12,856 nucleotides of DNA from Deinococcaceae bacterium (GTDB taxonomy: Bacteria > Deinococcota > Deinococci > Deinococcales > Trueperaceae): assembly GCA_040256005.1 (NCBI GenBank), contig JBDZWC010000087.1, positions 1 through 12,856 of the forward strand. Reading direction: 5' to 3'. Positions 5,981 through 12,856 of the stretch are shown piece by piece. The position numbers and the translations under genes were made by a program. The stretch's first letter is position 1. Each line of letters opens with the position of its first letter. The notes beneath the pieces are model-generated. The model was given only the letters and a program-made list of their open reading frames with translations. It made no database searches and was not told the origin of the DNA.

Positions 5981-8824
5981 TCAGCCGGGGCCGAGCACCC
6001 CGGACCGGACGAGCGCCTCCTGAAGCACATCGTCATCCAGCTCGACGACCTCGCGAGGCCGCAGGTAGACCAGGCGAGCGCGGGGCGATACCCCCAGCGC
6101 GCTCCTGACCGTGTGGAGGTAGAGACCCAGCTGGACATGATAGCGCTCCGGTCGCACGTGCCTGTCGGTCTTGTAGTCGTCAATCCACCACTGACCGGAG
6201 GCCCGGTACAGCCGGTCGATGACGCCTTCCCACACGGTGGGACCGCCCGGATAGGCCAGAGGCAGCTCGGCTCGGTCCTCCTCGCGCTCGAACACGGCCG
6301 GCAACTCCGCGCCCAGCAGGTCATGGTACGCGGCGAGCAGGTCCCTCACCTCGGTCAGCAGGGCGTCCTGCTGTGTCGCCGTGTACGGGAACATGACCTC
6401 CTGCGCCCGCAGGCCCTCGAGCCGCTCGTGGTCGTCGGGCGACCAGTCCTGGCTGATCGCGAAATGCACGAGGGTCCCGATCACGCGGCCACGGCCTGGC
6501 AGCGAGAGCTCCAGTCCCGGGACCTCGTCTTCGATCCCGGTGGCGGCTCGGGACCCTTCCCCCCTGCCGGTGGCCTCGAAACGCGTGAGCGGCTCGTCCA
6601 TCTCCGCAGGCTCTTGTGTCTCGGCTGGCGCCTGGCCCGCCCGCTCCGCGAGCAGGCCGACCAGGCGCGAAGGGCTCGAGAGCGGGCCGTTGGCGTGGTG
6701 GGGGAAGGCGACCTCCGACCACGCCGCCGGCTCCAGCGCACGCCTTGGCTGAGCGACGTCGGCTGCCTCCGCGGGGACCGGTCCCCGCGCTTCGACCACG
6801 GTAAGGCGCACCGCATCAGGGAACGACCCGCCAGGCATCACGACGTCGAGGAGCGTTCCGAGCCAACCGGCCGGACCGCGCCATCCCACGCTGCCCGTGA
6901 CGATCAGGTGGTTCCGCGCGCGCGATGCGGCCACGTACAGCAGCCGATGCTCTTCCTGCTCGGACCTGTCGGTCCAGGCCTGCGCCGCGGCCGGCTCCGG
7001 CACGGCGCCCAGCAGCGCGACACGGCCGGTGTCCGGTTCGACGACGGCGCCGGGGGCGTCGCTACGCGGCGTGTATCCCGCGTCGTAGACGGCTACGACA
7101 TCGAACTCGAGCCCCTTGGAGCTGTGCACCGTCAGCAGCTTGACCCCGCTCCCCGAGCCCGGCACCTCCTCGGCCTCAGAGCGCTCCTCCAACCGCGCCA
7201 GCAGCTCGAGCAGGCGCGTCAGGTCCTCCGGCTCGTGAGCCGCCACCTCGAAGAGCATGGCGTCGAGGTTCGCCCTGGCGCCGGTGGACAGCCGGTCCAC
7301 GAGCGGCGGCCCACCCCCGAGACCGCGCCTCAGCGCAACCTTCAGCGCCTCGAGAGGCGGGCCCCGAACGATGGAGCTCAGCTCCCGGACGACCGCATGG
7401 GCGCTGGGCGCCACGTCTCTTAGCGCCTCGCTGGGGTCCGCCGCCGCCATCACCGCCGCCAGGGGCTCGAGCCCGAGACCCACCAGCGGCCCACGCAAGA
7501 ACCCGGCGAGCGCTTCGCGCGTCGGGCCGGCGCCCACCTCGAGCGCGTACCTGACGTCTCGAACCTCCTGCCTGGCGAACAGGCCCCTGCGCCCGTACAG
7601 CGCGGGCACGCCGCGAGCCGCCAGGGCCGCTTCGACCCGACCCAGCTGCCGGCGCTTGCGCGCCAGTACCGCCATGCGGTCGTACGGGACCCCCTGAGCG
7701 TTGAAGGCGACCAGTCTGTCGATGAGCGCCTGCGTCTCATGGACCCTGTTGGCGTCCAGGCCCTCCGCGCCGCGCACGACCACGACCTCGACCGAACCCT
7801 CCACCTCAGCCTGCGGTCCGGCTGCGCTCACCTCGGGCGCCTCCTCCGGCCCGAAGCCCATGTTCCTCTCCGCGAGCCTCGTGGTCAGCCGGTTCAGGAA
7901 CGCGACGACGGACCGGGCGTGGCGCCGCGACTCGGTCAGCGGAGGGAGCACATCGCCGGTGCCACGGGCCCTCGTCAGCGCCCGGCGGAACACGTTCACG
8001 TCGGCGTTGCGGAACAGGTATATCGACTGCTTGGGGTCACCTACCAGCTCGAGCCTCGCCCCGGCGGCCTCGAGGCCCTCGAAGAACGACCCCTGCATGG
8101 GGTTCACGTCCTGGTACTCGTCGACCAGCACGACCGGGTACCGCGACACCAGCCGCGCGCTCGCCACCGGGTGCGTCAGCAACCTCAGCGCGGCCCGTTC
8201 CACCTCACCAGGCCCCAGCCGCCGGGAGGCGTAGCGGTCGAGCAGCCGCCGGTACGCGGCCCGGTAGATCGCGCCCACGGCGGAAGACAGCGGGTCGTCG
8301 TCGAAGTGCAGCTCCGGCGCGAGCGACCGGGAACCGAAGACGACGGGAGGCAGCTCCACAGCATGCTCGCCGGCGACGAGCACGGCGTCGTGCAGCTCGT
8401 GCGCAGGATCACGCGCCAGGAGACGCAGGGAATCGAGCTCCTCGGCGAAGTCCGCCTCGGCCTCCGGCTCGGAGACCAGCGCGAACCTGGGGTCGAAGCC
8501 GAGGAGCGGCGCGCTCAGACGCAGGCCGGCGATCATGAACCCGTGGATCGTGTTGAGCTGCGCGCCACCCAGCTCCCTGAGGGCCTCCTCGAAGGGAGCC
8601 GTGACGCCACCCGGCGACGCGTAGAGACCGCCGAGGTAGGTGCCCGCGCTGACCAGCTCCTCCAGGCCGCTGCCTACGCGCGCCCGCAGCTCGGCAGCCG
8701 CGGCCCGCGTGAAGGTCACACCGGCGATGCGCCTCAACGGCACCCCAGAGCCGATCAGCTCGAGGTAGCGGCGCACCAGGCTAGTGGTCTTGCCGGTGCC
8801 GGCGGACGCGACGCGTACCTTCAT
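5981..8824 (-). CDS. addA: AddA/RecB-like SF1A (UvrD-type) helicase with C-terminal PD-(D/E)xK nuclease, 947 aa
   Basis: Helicase motifs ASAGTGKT, VTFTRAAAAELRAR, TIHGF, VDEYQD, VGDPKQSIYLFR, LTVHSSKGLEF, RLLYVAASRAR. RecB-type nuclease motifs GTLVH, GVIDRL, DDYKT, YHVQLGLY. ATG 8824 overlaps the upstream TGA (ATGA), so the ORF-track start at 9016 is too long. Confidence 0.92.
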   Translation of the reverse strand: MKVRVASAGTGKTTSLVRRYLELIGSGVPLRRIAGVTFTRAAAAELRARVGSGLEELVSAGTYLGGLYASPGGVTAPFEEALRELGGAQLNTIHGFMIAGLRLSAPLLGFDPRFALVSEPEAEADFAEELDSLRLLARDPAHELHDAVLVAGEHAVELPPVVFGSRSLAPELHFDDDPLSSAVGAIYRAAYRRLLDRYASRRLGPGEVERAALRLLTHPVASARLVSRYPVVLVDEYQDVNPMQGSFFEGLEAAGARLELVGDPKQSIYLFRNADVNVFRRALTRARGTGDVLPPLTESRRHARSVVAFLNRLTTRLAERNMGFGPEEAPEVSAAGPQAEVEGSVEVVVVRGAEGLDANRVHETQALIDRLVAFNAQGVPYDRMAVLARKRRQLGRVEAALAARGVPALYGRRGLFARQEVRDVRYALEVGAGPTREALAGFLRGPLVGLGLEPLAAVMAAADPSEALRDVAPSAHAVVRELSSIVRGPPLEALKVALRRGLGGGPPLVDRLSTGARANLDAMLFEVAAHEPEDLTRLLELLARLEERSEAEEVPGSGSGVKLLTVHSSKGLEFDVVAVYDAGYTPRSDAPGAVVEPDTGRVALLGAVPEPAAAQAWTDRSEQEEHRLLYVAASRARNHLIVTGSVGWRGPAGWLGTLLDVVMPGGSFPDAVRLTVVEARGPVPAEAADVAQPRRALEPAAWSEVAFPHHANGPLSSPSRLVGLLAERAGQAPAETQEPAEMDEPLTRFEATGRGEGSRAATGIEDEVPGLELSLPGRGRVIGTLVHFAISQDWSPDDHERLEGLRAQEVMFPYTATQQDALLTEVRDLLAAYHDLLGAELPAVFEREEDRAELPLAYPGGPTVWEGVIDRLYRASGQWWIDDYKTDRHVRPERYHVQLGLYLHTVRSALGVSPRARLVYLRPREVVELDDDVLQEALVRSGVLGPG

Positions 8825-11385
8825 TCCCGCTGTCCCTGGCGACACGCGTAGAACAGCCGGCAGTCGCCGCACCAGAACCCTGGGGTGGGCGCCAGGTCGC
8901 CGGCGAGGATCCTGTCCCACGCCGACTCGACGCCACGCAGCGCCTCCTCGACCCTCGACCTCGTGTAGTCCTTCGACGACCTCTCGACCGTTATCGGGTC
9001 GCCGAGCACCGGCCACACGACGACGTCCACGTGCCTGGCCGGCTGCGTCCTATGGGTCAGGAACCTGTGCATGGCCAGGTACTCGCTCCAGCGCTGGCGC
9101 AGCTTGTCCCGGGCCCACCGCCACCCGTCGCTGCGGCCGTCCCAGCCGGGCGGGGCCGGTTCCACGAAGCGGTAGAGCGTCGCGGTGCGGCCGGCGTTGT
9201 CGCGCCTGCCGGCGTGGACCCGCGCCTCGTACCCCCGGCCCTCCGCCGATTCCCTGATGGCAGGTCGCCACCACAGGCTCGATAGCGTCTCGCGGTGGGC
9301 CTCCAGCCATCCGGCGGCCCACGGGAACCGGTCGAGGAGATGCATGAACGCCGCCGGCTCGAGGGTGGGATGGCGGCCCAGCTCCCGGACGAGGTCGAAC
9401 CACTCCGCGCCCTCGCCCGCGGTGGGCGTGAGCAGCTCCTCGAGTTCGCGCTCCGGGTCGTGCTCGCTATCCGTCTCCGGGATGGTGGTCTCGGCCACCG
9501 TCACCGCGTCTGGCGGGAGGATCGTCCTCTCCCCCCACGCCCGGAACGCGCAGACCGCGGCGTAGGCGCGGAGCCACTCGGCGTCCGGCAGACCCGGCCC
9601 GTACGCGGCGGCGAGCGCTGCCGGGTCCTCGAGGCGGAACATAGGCAGGTACACGTCCGCGTCCCTCAGCTCGAGCCGGCTGCCGGCCGGCAGGTCCGGC
9701 AGCGCCGGCAGCTCGCTCGGCGCGCCGACGAGGCGCTCGTCCGGCACCAGCTTGCCGTCCGGGCCCGCGGCGGCGGCCGTGACGACCGTCGTCTCGCCGC
9801 GCGTCAGCAGCTCGGCGATCACGACGGCGTCGCCGCCGGCGAAGCGCCGAGGGAGGGCCCCCGCCGCGGGCAACTGGCTGCGGCGCTCGTCCGGGACGAA
9901 GTAGTCCTCCCGCTCGCCGGCGCCGTACGACCCCACCGTCGCGCCCATCACGTAGCACCGCGCGAAGCGGCGCCCGGACGCGAGGTCGGCGGTCAGGAGG
10001 GCGACCCCACCGCGCGGGTCGCGCGGGGCCCTCACATCGCGCAGGAGCGCGGCCAGCCAGGCCCTGAAGCCGGCCCCGCCACCCAGGCGGGAGGCGTGCT
10101 GCGCCGCTGCCATCACGCTGTCGGCGAAGCCGTGGGGCAGTACGGGCTGCGTGAGCGGCAGCACGTCGTCCAGCAGCGACCGTGTCCACGCGACCGGCTC
10201 GGCGACCTCGGACAGGCGCGCCTGCCAGCTCGCCAAGCGCCCGTGCAGCCCCACGCTCTCGGCCACCCGGCGCAGCGCGTCGCCGCCCGTGACGCCGAGA
10301 CGCATCGCTAGCGTGGCCACCGGGGCGAGCTCGGGTACGGCCAACAGCCGAGCCGGTGTGGGCGTGTCCGGCAGCTCGAGCAGGTCGAGGAGCGTCCGGC
10401 CGGCCGGGATGTCCGCCAGCGCCGAGCCGCGCTCGTCCATGAATGGGACGCCGTACTCGTCGGCGAGGGCGAGGAGAGCGTCCCCGACCGTCCGCGGGGC
10501 CACCACCGCCAGGTCGAGGGGATCGAGGCCGTTGCCCAGGTCCCGCTTGAGGCTGCGCAGCACCCACCGCGCCTCCTCCACCGGGTTGACCGCGCCGTAC
10601 CGCTCGATCCGGGTCGCCTCGAGCCGGGGCTCGAGCGTGGCGTCGGGTTCGGCCTCGGCAGGGGCTTCCGGCAGCGTGACGTGGACCGTCACATGCTGCG
10701 CCATCCCTCGCAGGAAGCGCCAGTCGAGCGGCCCCAGTTCCCGCCAACCGTCCACGATCACGACGTCCGGCAGGCCTGCAGCCGGCCTGGCGGCGTGATC
10801 GCCGAGGACCGCAGAGGCGTTCTCCTCCTCTACCAGGCGCGCCGCGGCCGAGCGCACGTCGTCGTAGTCCCAGTAGCCGTCGAGCGACGCCTCGTAGCCC
10901 CGGTACACGTCGGCCAGCCTCGCCGTCTCCGCGTCCTCGTCACGAGCGGGGAGCGTGTCGGGATCGACCTCGTAGCGCTTGGCCTCGGCGATGGCAGCCG
11001 CGAACAGCTTGGCCTCGCCAGGCGTGGGCACCTCGCCAGTCACCTCACGCAGCACCTCGGCCACCCGCACGATCCGGGCCGTGCCGACGAGGAGCGGCTG
11101 CAAGGCGTGAGGGCTGAGAGCGGACAGCACGCGGTAGAACGCCTGCTGCGCGCTCATGACCTCGAGGCCCAGGAGGGCGGCGCCGCCCGCCGTGGCGCGG
11201 CGGAACACGTAGGCGCGCTGGTGCGGGAGAGCGAGCCACCACACCCTGTGACCTGCCGCGCAAGCGTCACGGGCCACCGCGACCATGGCGGTCGTCTTGC
11301 CACTGGCCGGGGTCCCGACCGTGAGTGTCAGCCCGGCACGGGCCGGCGGCCCGGCAGGCGACCGGCTGTCAGGACCTGCCGTCAC
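8821..11385 (-). CDS. addB: AddB-like subunit: inactivated helicase fold plus Fe-S-type nuclease-like domain, 854 aa
   Basis: Walker A GTPASGKT, degenerate Walker B VIVDGW, DLAVVAP and SGRRF. Cys612 (YAAVCAFR) plus CxxCx5C (C839, C842, C848). Stop overlaps the addA start. Confidence 0.82.
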   Translation of the reverse strand: MTAGPDSRSPAGPPARAGLTLTVGTPASGKTTAMVAVARDACAAGHRVWWLALPHQRAYVFRRATAGGAALLGLEVMSAQQAFYRVLSALSPHALQPLLVGTARIVRVAEVLREVTGEVPTPGEAKLFAAAIAEAKRYEVDPDTLPARDEDAETARLADVYRGYEASLDGYWDYDDVRSAAARLVEEENASAVLGDHAARPAAGLPDVVIVDGWRELGPLDWRFLRGMAQHVTVHVTLPEAPAEAEPDATLEPRLEATRIERYGAVNPVEEARWVLRSLKRDLGNGLDPLDLAVVAPRTVGDALLALADEYGVPFMDERGSALADIPAGRTLLDLLELPDTPTPARLLAVPELAPVATLAMRLGVTGGDALRRVAESVGLHGRLASWQARLSEVAEPVAWTRSLLDDVLPLTQPVLPHGFADSVMAAAQHASRLGGGAGFRAWLAALLRDVRAPRDPRGGVALLTADLASGRRFARCYVMGATVGSYGAGEREDYFVPDERRSQLPAAGALPRRFAGGDAVVIAELLTRGETTVVTAAAAGPDGKLVPDERLVGAPSELPALPDLPAGSRLELRDADVYLPMFRLEDPAALAAAYGPGLPDAEWLRAYAAVCAFRAWGERTILPPDAVTVAETTIPETDSEHDPERELEELLTPTAGEGAEWFDLVRELGRHPTLEPAAFMHLLDRFPWAAGWLEAHRETLSSLWWRPAIRESAEGRGYEARVHAGRRDNAGRTATLYRFVEPAPPGWDGRSDGWRWARDKLRQRWSEYLAMHRFLTHRTQPARHVDVVVWPVLGDPITVERSSKDYTRSRVEEALRGVESAWDRILAGDLAPTPGFWCGDCRLFYACRQGQRE

Positions 11386-11399
11386 CTAAGCAAGCGACC

Positions 11400-11825
11400 T
11401 CACATGCCGGGGAAGAGCCGCCTGTCCCACGGGATGGCGTAAGCCATGGCCGCGGCGGCGAGCAACCAGAAGACCAGGGCGACGCGCGGGTTGTCGGTCT
11501 TGCGGCCGCGACCGCCCCCGATCCCCACCAGCACGACGGCCACGATCATGAGCAGCGGGTGCTCCAGGAGGAAGAACCGGCGCGCGGGATCGCTCATCGC
11601 GGTCCCCATGTCGCGCAGCGAGGTCTGGACCAGGTCGCTCACGAACCACAGGATCAGGCCGATCAGGACCTGTACGCCGAAGATGATGTTGAACCAGCGC
11701 GCCAGCGAGTTGACCGCCGGCGTCCAGCGCTGCGCCACCAGCGCCGTGACTATGGACACCACCGCCAGGACGACGACCAGCCAGCGAACCACGTTGTGAA
11801 GGTCAAGCAGTCCGGAGTAAAGCAT
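11400..11825 (-). CDS. Four-TM integral membrane protein (LHxxxRW...EHP pattern, loosely cytochrome b-like), 141 aa
   Basis: Four hydrophobic segments with LHNVVRW, QVLIG, RFFLLEHPLLM and AIPW. SD AGGGAGGG. Confidence 0.85.
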   Translation of the reverse strand: MLYSGLLDLHNVVRWLVVVLAVVSIVTALVAQRWTPAVNSLARWFNIIFGVQVLIGLILWFVSDLVQTSLRDMGTAMSDPARRFFLLEHPLLMIVAVVLVGIGGGRGRKTDNPRVALVFWLLAAAAMAYAIPWDRRLFPGM

Positions 11826-11873
11826 GTTCCCTCCCTACCGACGTGCCGGCCACCCTAGCGCGCGGCCCCGCAC

Positions 11874-12856
11874 CTACCCGGCCAGCATCGCACGGCGGAC
11901 GCCGTCCGCGTCGTGGACAGGCAAGCGACAGGCACCGCCCCGGCACACGTAGGCGGTGACGCCGCCGGACGCAGGTGGGTACCGGCCTTGCGCCAGCGGC
12001 AGGCTCGCCAGCGGGTGAGAGCCCTCGAGCTCGTCGGCCGGGTCCAAGAGGAGCAGCACGTCGCCGGCTACCGTGTTCTCACGTACCGCACGTAGGACCT
12101 CGGGCATGTCCGGACCAGCCCGTGACCCGACGATCACGACCTCGCGCTCGGGCCGCGTCATGTCGTTCAGCAGCGCCAGGGCGGAGCCGAGCGCCTGAGG
12201 GGCGTCGGCCGCCGCCCTAGCCAGGGGCAGCACCGCGGCCACGGCGCGGTCGACCCTGTCGCCGTCGGAGAGGATCCGGCCGGCGCGCCACGTGAGCCGC
12301 GCGGCCGCCACGTAGCGACTGGTTACGGCGCTGTCGGTGTGGCTCTTCAGCCGCGCGGGCGCTCCCGCGAGCCAGTCGGCCGTGTCGAACCAGCCACCGC
12401 CTGCCGGGTCCGCGAAGTGCGCGTCGACGTCGTCCGCCAGCCTCAGCGCCTCGGTCAGGAGCCATGGTTCCAGGGTGGCGGTGTACAGATCGAGGAGGCC
12501 GTTGCCGAGGAACACTTGGTCCTCGAGCAGTCCTGTCACCGTGGTCTCCCCGCCCCGCCACAGGTGCGTCAGACGGCCATCCTCTCGCAAACCAACCAGG
12601 AACCGCGCCAGCTCGAGCGCCCTCTTCAGCGCCCACGGCTCGGCAGCGGCCGTGCCGGTGGCGGCCAGGGCCGAGAGGACGAGGCCGTTCCAAGACGTGA
12701 GCACCTTGTCGTCAGTGGTCGGACGCACCCGCAGCGCCCTGGCCGCAGACAGGGCGTCCACGCCTCGTTCGATCAGTCGATCCATCTCGTCAGGAGCGAG
12801 CCCAACGCCGTCGCGACGGTGCCGGTCGCCGTCGCCAGCCGCAGCACGTTGCCACC
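11874..12856 (-). CDS. C-terminal part of a YyaL/SPATA20 (DUF255 thioredoxin-domain) family protein, truncated by the window edge, with an apparent frameshift near 12800
   Basis: Motifs RVRPTTDDKVLTSWNGL, GLLEDQVFLGNGLLDLY, HFADPAGGGWFDT and AYVCRGGACRLPV. The upstream G-x-NVL motif lies in a different frame. Confidence 0.88.
   Translation of the reverse strand, partial: WQRAAAGDGDRHRRDGVGLAPDEMDRLIERGVDALSAARALRVRPTTDDKVLTSWNGLVLSALAATGTAAAEPWALKRALELARFLVGLREDGRLTHLWRGGETTVTGLLEDQVFLGNGLLDLYTATLEPWLLTEALRLADDVDAHFADPAGGGWFDTADWLAGAPARLKSHTDSAVTSRYVAAARLTWRAGRILSDGDRVDRAVAAVLPLARAAADAPQALGSALALLNDMTRPEREVVIVGSRAGPDMPEVLRAVRENTVAGDVLLLLDPADELEGSHPLASLPLAQGRYPPASGGVTAYVCRGGACRLPVHDADGVRRAMLAG

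Noticed and set aside
5906..7423. 505-aa plus-strand ORF (also 7739-8851 and 9295-10311)
   Set aside because: These are antisense shadows of addA/addB, expected from GC-biased codon usage, and show no recognisable motifs.
8825..9016. N-terminal extension of addA given in the ORF track
   Set aside because: It overlaps the Cys-bearing end of addB, and the ATGA overlap at 8821-8824 marks the likely real start.
8821..9570. Cas4 or defence-system interpretation of the Fe-S nuclease-like domain
   Set aside because: There is no CRISPR array or other cas gene, and the domain is fused to an AddB-type body coupled to addA.
9467..10747. 426-aa minus-strand alternative-frame ORF within addB
   Set aside because: Arg/Gly/Ala-rich off-frame product typical of high-GC DNA; the addB frame is uninterrupted.

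Overview
High-GC bacterial chromosomal segment. The lineage is inferred to be Deinococcota (Truepera/Thermus-like), based on a GlnRS-type YqeY tail, a PprM-like cold-shock protein, an AddAB pair and apparent leaderless genes. Gene order: 3' end of a GatB/YqeY-domain gene (+); HTH-WYL (YafY/PafBC-like) regulator (-), divergent from a small basic unknown ORF (+); nagA (-); DoxX membrane protein (+); cold-shock protein with an RGG/RD tail (-); class A beta-lactamase-fold serine hydrolase (+); small hypothetical gene (-); addA-like helicase-nuclease (-); addB-like partner (-); 4-TM membrane protein (-); 3' part of a YyaL/SPATA20-family gene (-). I saw no rRNA, tRNA, CRISPR array or mobile element. 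Main observations: (1) a PafBC-type promoter (TGTCCG-N10-TAGCTT) between the WYL regulator and the unknown small gene; (2) an AddB that keeps its four Fe-S cysteines but appears to lack nuclease catalytic residues; (3) a structured ~120-nt csp leader; (4) a probable 1-bp frameshift in the YyaL gene. All family assignments come from motif recognition by eye, not database searches.
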